64,000 nucleotides of DNA. Origin: an uncultured bacterium. Its GTDB lineage: Bacteria; Krumholzibacteriota; Krumholzibacteriia; LZORAL124-64-63. Below, in pieces: positions 29,563 through 39,156 of this stretch. The notes beneath the pieces were generated by a model. The model did not search any database, was not told the origin of the DNA, and saw only the letters and a program-made list of their open reading frames with translations. The position numbers were made by a program, and so were the translations under genes. Every line of letters starts with the position of its first letter. Position 1 is the stretch's first letter. The DNA is taken from assembly GCA_963727525.1 (NCBI GenBank), contig CAVSGO010000005.1:352001-416000 (forward strand). The letters run 5' to 3'.

Positions 29563-30024
29563 TTACGAATCGGCGAGCGATCGTGTCAGGATCAGCGCAT
29601 CTTCCCCCGTATCCGGGTAGTAACCGCGTCGCACACCCTCCTGCTGAAAACCGAGCCTCGCGTAGAAGCGCTGGGCGCCCAGGTTGGTCACGCGGACCTC
29701 GAGGGTCACCACGCGCTGCCCCGACCGCCTGGCCACGTCCATGGCGGCGGCCAACAAGGCCGCGCCGGCGCCGCGACGGCGCGCGCGGCCGGCGACGGCG
29801 ATGTTCAGGACGTGCAGCTCGTCGGCCACGAGCCAGGCCATGAGGTACCCCACCACCTCGTCCGCCCACTCGGCGACCAGCGCCAGATGCAGCGGCGACG
29901 GCTGCAACTCGGTGAGCAGAGCCGCCCGCGACCACGGATCGCCGAAACTCTCCTGCTCGATCCGCACCACCGCGCCGAGATCGGCGATGTCGCCGGACCG
30001 GATGGCGATTGTACCATCGCTCAT
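29563..30024 (-). CDS. rimI: Ribosomal protein S18 alanine N-acetyltransferase
   Basis: FGDPWS, ELHVLNIAV, RRRGAG, LEVRVTN, RRGYY..GEDA; follows tsaB. Confidence 0.92.
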   Translation of the reverse strand: MSDGTIAIRSGDIADLGAVVRIEQESFGDPWSRAALLTELQPSPLHLALVAEWADEVVGYLMAWLVADELHVLNIAVAGRARRRGAGAALLAAAMDVARRSGQRVVTLEVRVTNLGAQRFYARLGFQQEGVRRGYYPDTGEDALILTRSLADS

Positions 30025-30824
30025 GGACGCTCCTCGTTCCGCGAGCGCGAGGCATGGAAATCGATGGCATCGCTTGGGCGCGATGGCGTGAGGTCGACCT
30101 CGCGCAGCACCTCGGCGTCGGAGGCGCGCAGGTACCGCGGCGTCAGCGCGAACGGATGCACCATCGCCGCCGACCGCAACCCGTCATCGGCGAGCGCGAC
30201 GGCGAGAGCTCGCGCCGTGGCGGGATGCGCGGCCGTCCAGGCCCGCGTCACCGGTTCGTCGAGGTGGCGCAGCTCCTGCCGCAGGTCCGCCCCCTGCCCC
30301 ACGAGCAGGCTCACACCGCTGCCGCCGTAGATCGGCGCCTGCAGCTCGGGCACGGTTTCCACGAGCCGCTGCCACCAGACATCGTAGCCCAGACAGGCGA
30401 TCTCCCGCACCGGCTCCACCCAGGCACCGGCGCGTCGGAACACGCCCGCGAAGACCTCGCCGCGCCGCGCGTCGAGCACGGGCACGGCCAGTTCGCGATC
30501 CGTATGCTCCGCCAGCAACGCCGCGGCCATCGCGGCGAGGGTGGAGACGGTGGCCAGTTCGCAGCCCAGCGCATAGGCCAGGCCCTTCGCGGTGGCCACG
30601 CCCAGGCGCACGCCGGTGAAGCTGCCAGGACCATCGGTCACGCCGAGCACCCTCACCTCGTCGAGCCGCCGGCCTGCATCGGCCAGGGTCTGGTCGATCA
30701 GCGGCAGGATGGCGTCAGCGTAGCTGCCATTGACGTTGTGCGGACGGTAGGCGAGCAGTGCGCCGGCGTCCGCGACGGCGAAACGGCCCCAGGGCGTGGC
30801 GGTGTCCAGGGTCAGGACGAGCAC
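30021..30824 (-). CDS. tsaB: t6A biosynthesis protein TsaB
   Basis: LTLDTAT, GPGSFTGVRLG, DARRGEVF, PRYLR. Confidence 0.93.
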   Translation of the reverse strand: MLVLTLDTATPWGRFAVADAGALLAYRPHNVNGSYADAILPLIDQTLADAGRRLDEVRVLGVTDGPGSFTGVRLGVATAKGLAYALGCELATVSTLAAMAAALLAEHTDRELAVPVLDARRGEVFAGVFRRAGAWVEPVREIACLGYDVWWQRLVETVPELQAPIYGGSGVSLLVGQGADLRQELRHLDEPVTRAWTAAHPATARALAVALADDGLRSAAMVHPFALTPRYLRASDAEVLREVDLTPSRPSDAIDFHASRSRNEERP

Positions 30825-31351
30825 GACGTTCCCTCCGGGGCCGGAGGCGGGAAGCTGAAGATCTCGGCAAACGCGGCCGGCAGCGCGGGCGCGCCACGAG
30901 CCAGCCAGAGCCGCGCGTCCGGATCCGCAAGCGGCGACACGAGCAGTTCGATCCGCCGCGGCAGCAGGGGTACCAGCAGCCCCGGCCATTCGGCCACGAG
31001 GATGGCCCCACCCGCGTCCAGGTCATCGAGCACAGCCTCCACACCGATATCCGCGAGATCGGCCCCCGACGCGATGCGGTAGAAGTCGAGGTGGTGCACC
31101 ACGAGCCGGCCGGTGTAACGATTGGCCAGCGTGAACGTGGGCGACGTCACCTCCTCGGCGACCCCCAGCGCGGCACACAGCCCTTGCACGAACGCCGTCT
31201 TGCCCGCACCCAGGAAGCCGTGCAACAGCAACGCCTCGCCGCCCTGGAGCAGCGCGGCGACGCGGGCGGCCAGGCGATGCGTGCCGGACACGTCGGTCAC
31301 GGCGACGCTCCCCGCGAACGCCGCGGGGGCGGGAAGATCGGCGGTGCTCAC
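30812..31351 (-). CDS. tsaE: t6A biosynthesis ATPase TsaE
   Basis: LGAGKTAFVQG, VTSPTFTL, HLDFYRI, AEW. Confidence 0.93.
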   Translation of the reverse strand: MSTADLPAPAAFAGSVAVTDVSGTHRLAARVAALLQGGEALLLHGFLGAGKTAFVQGLCAALGVAEEVTSPTFTLANRYTGRLVVHHLDFYRIASGADLADIGVEAVLDDLDAGGAILVAEWPGLLVPLLPRRIELLVSPLADPDARLWLARGAPALPAAFAEIFSFPPPAPEGTSCSS

Positions 31352-31361
31352 GCAGGCTCCC

Positions 31362-32915
31362 TCAGCGAGGCTTGAGCACGGCGAAGGGACAGACCATCTC
31401 CTCGAGACTGATCCCGCCATGCTGGAAACTGTCCCTGTACAGACGCTCGTACTCGTGAAAGTTCGTCGGGTACACGAGATAGTAGTTCTCCGTGGTGACG
31501 GCATAGGTCTCGATGGTGCTGTTCTGCGGCAGTCGATAGGCTGCCGGATCCTTGATCAGCATGACCTTCTTCTCGTCTACCGAGAGATTGTCGCCGAACT
31601 TGTAGCGCACGTTGTTGCTGGCGTCGCGATTGCCCCGCACCTGGGTGGCGCGGCGGCTGAACATCGAGCCGTGATCGGTGGTGATCACCACGGTGGATCC
31701 CCGGCGCCCCACGTCCTTGAGCAGGTCGAAGAGACTCGAGTGCTCGAACCAGCTCCGCATCAGCGTGCAGAAGGCCGCCTCGTCGGGCGCCAGTTCCTTG
31801 AGGATGTAGCTCTGGCTGCGGCCGTGCGCCATGATGTCGAGGAAGTTGTAGACGCCCGCCACCAGCCGCACGTTGCCGAGCGATCCGTAGTCGCGCCGTA
31901 GCTGGTCGGTATCGCGCGCGTCAGACACCTTGAAGTACCGGTAGCTTTCGCGCGCCGGACTGTCCAGCACGGCGAGCTGAAACCCCAGCAGCTCCGCCTC
32001 GTGGGCGTTGCGGCTGCCTTCCTCGCGCAAGCCGTCGTGCCACAGGTCGGGGTGCGCGCGCGCGATATCCAGCGGATACGTGCCGCTGAACAGCGCGTTG
32101 CGGGCGTACGGCGTGGCCGTGGGCAGGATCGACCAGTAGTGGCGCCGGTCGATGTGGAAATACGGTTCCAGCAGCGGCTCCACGATGCGCCACTGATCCA
32201 TGCGCATGCAGTCGATGATGACCCACACGACCTGGTCGCAGGCCGCCACCTCGGGCTCGACCCAGGTCCGGTACACGTCGGGACTGAGCACGGGCGCGTC
32301 GGCGCTGCCATGGATCCAGTCGTGATAGCGATCGCGCACGTACTTGCCCACGGCGAGGTTCGCGGCCGCCATCTGTTCGGCCTGCGTGGCGAGCAGACCG
32401 TGATCGCTGTAGGCGTAGAGATCCATGCCCCACGCCACGAGATCGTTGTAGATGCCGGCCCAGTCTTCCGCCGACTTCGCGGTGGCCATGCGGTCGCCCA
32501 CCGCGGCAAAGTGGCTGAGATAGTCGCGGGTGACCTGCTGCGAGGTGATGGTGCGCGCCTCGAGCTGACGTTTCAAGGCCGCCTGGATCTGCAGCGGCGA
32601 GACGGGCTTCACGAGGTAGTCGTCGATGCGCCGGCCGATGGCCTTGGTCATCAGGTCCTCGGCCTCGCTCTTGGTGATCATGATCACGGGGATGTGCTCG
32701 TTGAGCTTGCGGATCTCCTCGAGCGTCTCCAGGCCGCCCATTCCGGGCATCATCTCGTCGAGCAGTACGGCGTCGAAGTTGCTCTCGGCGAGCATCGCCA
32801 GACCATCGCGTCCATTGGTGGCGCCGGACACCGCGTAGCCCTTCTCGCCGAGGTAGAGGATGTGCGCGCGCAGGTCCTCGATGTTGTCGTCGATCCAGAG
32901 GATCCGGTGTGCCAT
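31362..32915 (-). CDS. porX: PorX-like response regulator (REC plus PglZ/alkaline-phosphatase domain)
   Basis: ILWIDD, LLDEMMPGMGG, MITKSEAED, IIDCMRMDQW, SILPTATPYARNALFSG, TTDHG, FQHGGISLEEM. Confidence 0.88.
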   Translation of the reverse strand: MAHRILWIDDNIEDLRAHILYLGEKGYAVSGATNGRDGLAMLAESNFDAVLLDEMMPGMGGLETLEEIRKLNEHIPVIMITKSEAEDLMTKAIGRRIDDYLVKPVSPLQIQAALKRQLEARTITSQQVTRDYLSHFAAVGDRMATAKSAEDWAGIYNDLVAWGMDLYAYSDHGLLATQAEQMAAANLAVGKYVRDRYHDWIHGSADAPVLSPDVYRTWVEPEVAACDQVVWVIIDCMRMDQWRIVEPLLEPYFHIDRRHYWSILPTATPYARNALFSGTYPLDIARAHPDLWHDGLREEGSRNAHEAELLGFQLAVLDSPARESYRYFKVSDARDTDQLRRDYGSLGNVRLVAGVYNFLDIMAHGRSQSYILKELAPDEAAFCTLMRSWFEHSSLFDLLKDVGRRGSTVVITTDHGSMFSRRATQVRGNRDASNNVRYKFGDNLSVDEKKVMLIKDPAAYRLPQNSTIETYAVTTENYYLVYPTNFHEYERLYRDSFQHGGISLEEMVCPFAVLKPR

Positions 32916-32916
32916 C

Positions 32917-34158
32917 TCAGGCCTCCTCGCCAGGCAGGGTGATCGCGAAAGTCGTGCCGTGCGGTCCCGTCGACTCGACGCGGATGCGCCCGTTGTGATA
33001 CTGGGTGACGATACGTTTCACGAGGGCCAGCCCCATTCCCCAGCCGCGCTTCTTGGTGGTGAAGCCCGGTTCGAAAACCTTGGCACGTGCCCGTGGCGGA
33101 ATCCCGCCCCCCGTATCGACGACGCGGACGATCACGCCCCCCTCCGGCACGTCCGCCATCCGCACGACCACCGAACCCTTGCCGTCCTTGAGGGCATCGA
33201 TGCCATTCTTGATGAGGTTCTCGAGCACCCACTCCATCAGGTCGCGATTGAACTGCACGCGGTTGCTGACGGCCCCCTCGCTGTGCAGCTCCACGCGGCC
33301 GCCCAGATGCGGCAGTCGCCGGCTGAAGTACGTCACCGTGTCGGCGATCACGCCCATCAGGTCGTGATCGTCGAGCCGCGGCTTGGAGCCGATCTGGCTG
33401 AAACGAGCCGAGACCTTCCCCAAACGATCGACATCCCGGTCGAGTTCCGCCATCACCGTATCGTCCGGCCCCAGCCGCTCCTGCAGCAGCGCGAGCCAGC
33501 CGAGGATGCTGGTGAGCGGGGTGCCGAGCTGGTGCGCCGTCTCCTTCGCCATGCCGGCGAAGAGCAGATTCTGGTCGTTCTCCTTCTTCACCTGCAAACC
33601 CCACAGGATGACGAGGAAGAACAGCACCATGATGGCCAGTTCGAGGTAGGGCATGATCTGGATCTGCTTGCTCAGAGCCGAGGTGCCGTAATGCACGGTG
33701 CCCACGCGGGCGCCATCGGGACCGAAGATGGCATAGGGCTCGTTCGCCTGATCCAGATCGAAAGCGAGGCGCAGGACCTGCCGCACCTCGGGAATCGACG
33801 GCGAGCGTGGATTCTCCGCGCGCAGCGCCGCGTAGTCGTCCACCTGGCGCACGCCGGTCACGCGATTCCACAGCATGGGACGGCCGGCCGAGTCGGTGAT
33901 GATGAATGGCACCTCGATCTCGTTGAGGATGCCGATGACCTTCCCCGCCTCTCGCAAGTCGTCGCCCGCGAGCAGCAGACGGCTCGCCATGCCCGAGAAG
34001 AGCTCGGTGGTCAGCCGGCTCTGCCGCTCCACGCTGCGCACGATATGCAGGGTGTAGGCGGTGACGGCCAGCACGATGAGCACTCCGCCGATGAGCATGT
34101 ACAGCGTGAAGAGCTGCCGTCGTTGCAGTCCGAGCAGTCCGCCGGACAGGGGATCCAT
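32917..34158 (-). CDS. Membrane sensor histidine kinase, probable partner of the PorX-like regulator
   Basis: Two TM helices; KETAHQLGTPL, ENLIKNGIDA, DTGGGI, FTTKKRGWGMGL. Confidence 0.92.
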   Translation of the reverse strand: MDPLSGGLLGLQRRQLFTLYMLIGGVLIVLAVTAYTLHIVRSVERQSRLTTELFSGMASRLLLAGDDLREAGKVIGILNEIEVPFIITDSAGRPMLWNRVTGVRQVDDYAALRAENPRSPSIPEVRQVLRLAFDLDQANEPYAIFGPDGARVGTVHYGTSALSKQIQIMPYLELAIMVLFFLVILWGLQVKKENDQNLLFAGMAKETAHQLGTPLTSILGWLALLQERLGPDDTVMAELDRDVDRLGKVSARFSQIGSKPRLDDHDLMGVIADTVTYFSRRLPHLGGRVELHSEGAVSNRVQFNRDLMEWVLENLIKNGIDALKDGKGSVVVRMADVPEGGVIVRVVDTGGGIPPRARAKVFEPGFTTKKRGWGMGLALVKRIVTQYHNGRIRVESTGPHGTTFAITLPGEEA

Positions 34159-34204
34159 GCCGGGTCTCCTTCGTGCCGGGCGGCGACCTCGCCGGACCCC
34201 GGGC

Positions 34205-35464
34205 TCAACCGATCTGGGTCTGACCGCCGAGATAGGGACGCAGGACCTCGGGCACACGGATGCGTCCGTCCGGCGTCTGGTAGTTCTCCATTACCGCCAC
34301 GAGGATGCGCGGCAGCGCGAGGCCCGAGCCGTTGAGGGTGTGTACGTAGCCCTTGCCCGACGGCCCCTTCCAGCGGATCCCGGCACGCCGCGCCTGGAAA
34401 TCGCCGAAGTTGCTGCACGACGAGACCTCGAGCCACTTGCCGACACCGCAGGCCCAAACCTCGAGGTCGTAGCAGCGCTGCGCCGCGAAGCTCAGATCGC
34501 CGCTCGCCAGCAGTACCACGCGGTAGGCCAGCCCCAGCTTCTGCAGCAACGACTCGACATCGGCCGTCAGGCTTTCGTGCGCGGCCGGCGAGGAATCCGG
34601 GAGCGTGAACTTTACCAGTTCCACCTTGTGGAACTGGTGCACGCGCAGCAGACCGCGCGTGTCCTTGCCCGCCGCCCCCGCCTCGCGGCGGAAGCACGGC
34701 GAGAACGCCGCGTACTGCCGCGGCAGGTCCACTTCGGCCAGCGTCTCCTCACGATGGATGTTGGTGACGGAAACCTCTGCCGTGGGGATGAGAAAGAGGT
34801 CGTCGACCGCGGCCAGGTACATGTCGTCTTCCAGCTTCGGAAGCTGGCCCGTGCCCGTCATGGCCTGCCGGTTCACGAGGTAGGGCACGCCTACTTCCTC
34901 GTACCCGTGCGCCCGCGCCTCGTCGAGGAACCAGTTGATGAGCGCGCGCTCGAGACGCGCCCCATCGCCCTTGAGCAGGGTGAAGCCGGAGCCGCTCATC
35001 CGCGCCGCCGTCTCGACATCGAGGATGCCCAGCTCGCGCCCGAGGTCCCAGTGTGGTAACACGGGCGCCGGCAACTCGATGGGGTTGCCCCAGGTACGCA
35101 GCACCTGGTTGCAATTCTCGCCGCCGCGCGGTACGTCCGGATCTGGCACGTTTGGAATACGCAGGTAAAGTGCCTCGACCTCGGCGTCGAGCGCCTCAGC
35201 CCGCGCTTTGAGCGCCTTCAGACGCGTCGCGACCTGCTTCATCTGGTCGATGGCGGCCGACGTGTCCTCACCCGCCTTCTTGCGCTCGGAGATCTCCCGG
35301 TTGGCGCGGTTGGCTTCCGACTGCAGCTCCTCCGCCTCCTGCAGCGCCGCGCGACGCTCCGCGTCGCGGTCGTAGTACGCCGCGATGTCCACGGTCTCCC
35401 GCTTGTCGGCGACTGCCGCCATCACGAGATCCATATGTTCGCGCAGGAACTTGCGATCGAGCAC
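34205..35464 (-). CDS. serS: Serine--tRNA ligase
   Basis: TGQLPK, LIPTAEV, FRREAG, RVHQFHKVE, EVSSCSN, TLNGSGLA. Confidence 0.97.
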   Translation of the reverse strand: MLDRKFLREHMDLVMAAVADKRETVDIAAYYDRDAERRAALQEAEELQSEANRANREISERKKAGEDTSAAIDQMKQVATRLKALKARAEALDAEVEALYLRIPNVPDPDVPRGGENCNQVLRTWGNPIELPAPVLPHWDLGRELGILDVETAARMSGSGFTLLKGDGARLERALINWFLDEARAHGYEEVGVPYLVNRQAMTGTGQLPKLEDDMYLAAVDDLFLIPTAEVSVTNIHREETLAEVDLPRQYAAFSPCFRREAGAAGKDTRGLLRVHQFHKVELVKFTLPDSSPAAHESLTADVESLLQKLGLAYRVVLLASGDLSFAAQRCYDLEVWACGVGKWLEVSSCSNFGDFQARRAGIRWKGPSGKGYVHTLNGSGLALPRILVAVMENYQTPDGRIRVPEVLRPYLGGQTQIG

Positions 35465-35625
35465 CTGACTCCCCTTCGTTGACCCGTCCGAGACGGCCGT
35501 CGTGGCCGCTGCGGATGCGGTTGCAAATGCACCTCGCGGCTGCTAGAACGGTATAAACAACGGCGTAAGCGCGAGCAAGGCAAATCGCCCCCGGCCGGCC
35601 CGCCGCTTCGCCACAGGAGTCGATC

Positions 35626-36375
35626 ATGGACCGAAGCGCCTTGCTGGCCACCCTGCGCGGCGAACCCGCGACCGACCGCATCATCACCGCCCTGGACGTC
35701 CCGTCGGCCGAGGAGGCCATGGCCCTGGCCGGGCGGCTCGGTCCGCGCGGCCGGTACGTGAAGGTCGGTCTGGAGCTGTTCAGCGCCGCCGGGCCCACGG
35801 TCGTTCAGCTCCTGCAGGGACGCGGGCAGCGCGTGTTCCTCGACCTCAAGTTCCACGACATCCCCAACACGGTGGCCGGCGCGGCCCGCATGGCTGCGCG
35901 CCTGGGCGCCGCCTTCTGCACGATCCACGCCTCCGCCGGACGCCGCGCCCTGAGCGCCGCCGCCGAGGCCCTGGCCAGCGAGCCGGCGGCTACGGACGGC
36001 CTACGCCCCGCCCTGCTGGCCGTGACCGTGCTGACGAGCCTCGGCCCCGACGAGCTGGCCGAGACGGCCCCGTCGTGGGAGACACTGCCCGATCGCGTGC
36101 TGCGCCTGGCGCGTCTGGCCTGGGATTGCGGTTGCGACGGCCTGGTATGCGCTGCACCCGACCTGGTCGCGCTGCGCGCCGCGGTGGGCCCGGAACCCCT
36201 GGTCGTCACCCCCGGTATCCGGCCGGCCGGCGCTGGCGTCGACGATCAGACCCGCGTGGCCACGCCTGGCCGCGCCATCGCCGATGGCGCCGATTTCCTG
36301 GTCGTGGGTCGCCCGGTCGCCCGCGCCGACGACCCCGCGGCCGCCCTGACCAGCCTGGCTGCCGAGCTGGCCTGA
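35626..36375 (+). CDS. pyrF: Orotidine-5'-phosphate decarboxylase
   Basis: ALD, KVGLELF, FLDLKFHDIPNTV, VTVLTS, TPGIR, VVGRP. Confidence 0.96.
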   Translation: MDRSALLATLRGEPATDRIITALDVPSAEEAMALAGRLGPRGRYVKVGLELFSAAGPTVVQLLQGRGQRVFLDLKFHDIPNTVAGAARMAARLGAAFCTIHASAGRRALSAAAEALASEPAATDGLRPALLAVTVLTSLGPDELAETAPSWETLPDRVLRLARLAWDCGCDGLVCAAPDLVALRAAVGPEPLVVTPGIRPAGAGVDDQTRVATPGRAIADGADFLVVGRPVARADDPAAALTSLAAELA

Positions 36376-36431
36376 ACTCCGCGCGCGTGGCAGGCGCGCG
36401 CCACCACCGTGAGCCAAGGAGTCGACCTGCG

Positions 36432-37004
36432 ATGCAGGAACCCGATCTGCTGAACCTGATGATCGAGCTGGGCGCCCTGCACCAGGGCCACTTCCTGCTG
36501 AGCAGCGGCCTGCACAGCGATACCTACTTCCAGTGCGCGCGCATCCTCCAGTTCCCCGAGCTGGCGCGCGAGCTGGGTGCGGCCATCGCCGCCCACTTTG
36601 AGGACGAGGCGTTCGACCTCGTGGTCAGCCCGGCCCTGGGCGGTATCCTCATCGGCCATGAAGTGGCCCGCGCCCTCGGACGACGCTTCGTCTTCACCGA
36701 GCGCCAGAACGGCGTCATGGTGCTGCGCCGTGGCTTCGCGCTCGAGAAGAGCGAGCGTGCGCTCGTGGTCGAGGACGTGGTCACGCGCGGCACGTCGGTG
36801 CGCGAGGTGGCCGCAGCCGTCGAGGAGGCCGGCGGCATCGTGACCGGCCTCGGCGCGATCATCGACCGCACCGGTGGCGACGCCGACCTGCCGCTCCCCC
36901 TGCACGCTCTGGCCAGGGTGACGGTGGCCACCTACGACCCGGCGAACTGCCCGCTGTGTCAGCAGGGTCAGCCACCGGTGAAGCCGGGCAGCCGGGGCAA
37001 CTGA
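36432..37004 (+). CDS. pyrE: Orotate phosphoribosyltransferase
   Basis: GHFLLSSGLHS, VVEDVVTRG PRPP motif, KPGSR C-terminus. Confidence 0.95.
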   Translation: MQEPDLLNLMIELGALHQGHFLLSSGLHSDTYFQCARILQFPELARELGAAIAAHFEDEAFDLVVSPALGGILIGHEVARALGRRFVFTERQNGVMVLRRGFALEKSERALVVEDVVTRGTSVREVAAAVEEAGGIVTGLGAIIDRTGGDADLPLPLHALARVTVATYDPANCPLCQQGQPPVKPGSRGN

Positions 37005-38468
37005 TTGGACGCGCGACGGAGCGGGGTCGTCGCCGCCGGCGTCGGCCTCGCCTTTGTCGGCCTGTGGCTCGCCCTTTACCCGGCCCATCCCCTTCTCCCC
37101 ACGGCCGACGCCTACGCCCACCTGTCGGTCGCCAGGCACCTCGTCCAGGGTGACGGCTTCCTCATCGACATGGCCTACCCCCTGACCACGGCATTCACGT
37201 GGGGACGCCAGATCCCTCAGCCGCTCACGTATCCCATGCCCGGTTTCGCCGTGATTCTCACGGTCCCCTACCTGCTCGCCGGCGGCGACCCGGCCGCGAC
37301 GGTCGCAATCATGCGCATCACCCTGGCGGTTCTGCTCGGCGTAGCCGTGGCGATCGGCAGCCATGGTCTCGTGCGTCGCGGCGCCACTCCCGCCCTGCCA
37401 GCCTGGATCCTCATCCTGCTCTTCAGCCCACTGCTCGCCCTCGCCACCAACTGGGGCTGGACCGAGGTCCCGGCGAGCGTGATCCTGCTCGGCCTCTGGC
37501 TGCGCTGGCGCGACCGCGCCACCACTCGCGCGACGCTGACTCGCGGCACCCTCGTGGTCGACGGCCTCGTCGCCGGCGCGTTGACGATGCTCCGCCTGGA
37601 TCTCCTGTGGATCCCGGTCCTGTGGTGGCGTGGGCGCCTTCGCGGCCTTGGCTGGGTCGCCCTGGGCTGGCTAATCGTCTGCACTCCCTGGTTCGTCCGC
37701 ACGACCATCGTGACCGGCTCCCCCGTGACCAACGTCCCCTCCCAGGCCGTCGAACTCGACATGCAGAGCCCATGGTGGACCTACCCCATGCTGCGCGGCC
37801 TGACCCCGGTCCCCCTGCTGGAGAACTTGCGGGCCCACCCCCACGAGGCCTTGGTCAAGGTCCGCCACGGCATCCGCTTCTTCGCCGAGACCCTGGGCCA
37901 GTGGCTCCCCTGGCTCTTGTGGCTCATCGCAATGGGACTGGGAATCCGCTCGATCATCCGGGGCCGGACACAGGGGGGACCGTCCGCCACCCTCACGGCG
38001 CCATTGGTCACCCTGGCCCTCACTCTCGCTTTCCTCGTCCTCCAGTACGCCCTCTTCTCGCAGGAGGTCCGCCACCTCCTGGTCCTCCTCCCCTCCCTGA
38101 GCTGGGAACTGGCTCTGGGAGCGAACGATGCACTGCCCCGCCACGGCAGACCCTGGACGACGTCCTGGAGCCGCGCCCTCATCCTCACCGCCGCGATCGC
38201 CGCCGCCCTGGTCGTCACCCCGCCCGGCATCGGCGGCGAACAGAACGGCGTCGACTCCGCCCGCCACGACGCCCCCCGCGTTGCGGCCCTCACCCGCAAA
38301 GCGCTCGCTCTTCCCCCCGGCCCCGCCTTCAGCGACAACGACGCCGTCCTCTGGTACAGCAACCGCCCCGGCATTTCGAGTCCCCGCGACACGACAATCG
38401 AGGCCGCGATCCGCACCACCGTCCCCGGTATGTCGATCGCCCCCTGGCTGCGCCTGTTCGAGCAGTAG
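37005..38468 (+). CDS. Polytopic membrane protein, GT-C (ArnT/PMT-like) glycosyltransferase fold
   Basis: TADAYAHLSVARHLVQGDG after TM1, PGFAVIL, WTE, RLD, RHLL; many TM helices. Confidence 0.7.
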   Translation: MDARRSGVVAAGVGLAFVGLWLALYPAHPLLPTADAYAHLSVARHLVQGDGFLIDMAYPLTTAFTWGRQIPQPLTYPMPGFAVILTVPYLLAGGDPAATVAIMRITLAVLLGVAVAIGSHGLVRRGATPALPAWILILLFSPLLALATNWGWTEVPASVILLGLWLRWRDRATTRATLTRGTLVVDGLVAGALTMLRLDLLWIPVLWWRGRLRGLGWVALGWLIVCTPWFVRTTIVTGSPVTNVPSQAVELDMQSPWWTYPMLRGLTPVPLLENLRAHPHEALVKVRHGIRFFAETLGQWLPWLLWLIAMGLGIRSIIRGRTQGGPSATLTAPLVTLALTLAFLVLQYALFSQEVRHLLVLLPSLSWELALGANDALPRHGRPWTTSWSRALILTAAIAAALVVTPPGIGGEQNGVDSARHDAPRVAALTRKALALPPGPAFSDNDAVLWYSNRPGISSPRDTTIEAAIRTTVPGMSIAPWLRLFEQ

Positions 38469-38590
38469 TCCGAGATCGCAGGTCGCCAGCCCATCATATT
38501 GATCGAGGCGTTCATCACGTGGTCGATCGCTCCAGACGCTCGTCGCCACCATGGCGAACAACCCCAAGGAGTTACGCGCTCCTTCGCGTG

Positions 38591-38606
38591 AGGCATGCCG
38601 GTTGCG
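38591..38606 (+). promoter_or_regulatory. Sigma54-like -24/-12 promoter
   Basis: AGGCAT-GCCGG-TTGC with exact GG-N10-GC spacing, about 110 bp upstream of the PA2779-like gene. Confidence 0.45.
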
Positions 38607-38712
38607 TATGCCGGGGTGGAGCCTCCACCGCACGATGGAGGTGTCCTGGCAGATTCCCTCCGGATGAGACCCGAAATCGGCAAACGAAAGCGAGCATAGC
38701 GTGGTCAATCAT

Positions 38713-39144
38713 ATGAAACCCACTATTGAGTACCAGAGACTGTCATTGGCGTTCATGACCCTCGTCGCCATCGGCATAGCCTTCTGCTGGTTTGCCACCG
38801 GTGCCCTGGGTGCCGACCTCTCCGGCCAACCGCAACGCCACGTGGTCGGCGACAACGAGATCCAGGCCTGCATCGATCAGCGGATCGACCAGGCCGACGC
38901 CGACCGCCAGGAGATACAGCTCCTGCTGCAACGTGCGGATGTGCGCCGCATCGCCGGTTCCGCCGGCCTGGATCTCGAGCGGGCCAGCGCCGCCGCCGCG
39001 GTCCTGTCGGGACCCTCGCTCGCAATGCTGGCGGCGCAGGCCAGAGAGATCAACACCGACGTCGCCGGCGGCGAGGGCAGGGTCGTCATCACCACGACAG
39101 GGATCATCATCATCCTGTTGATCCTCATCTTGCTCCTGAACTGA
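38713..39144 (+). CDS. PA2779-like exported protein ending in Gly-Gly plus a hydrophobic tail
   Basis: Signal peptide; helical core LLQRADVRRIAGSAGLDLERASAAAAVLS..LAMLAAQA; ends DVAGG-EGRVVITTTGIIIILLILILLLN. Confidence 0.75.
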   Translation: MKPTIEYQRLSLAFMTLVAIGIAFCWFATGALGADLSGQPQRHVVGDNEIQACIDQRIDQADADRQEIQLLLQRADVRRIAGSAGLDLERASAAAAVLSGPSLAMLAAQAREINTDVAGGEGRVVITTTGIIIILLILILLLN

Positions 39145-39156
39145 GCCCGGTAGGTC

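Noticed and set aside
31362-32915. BREX defence system suggested by the PglZ domain
   Set aside because: PglZ is fused to a receiver domain in the PorX layout, and no brxC, pglX or brxL is present.
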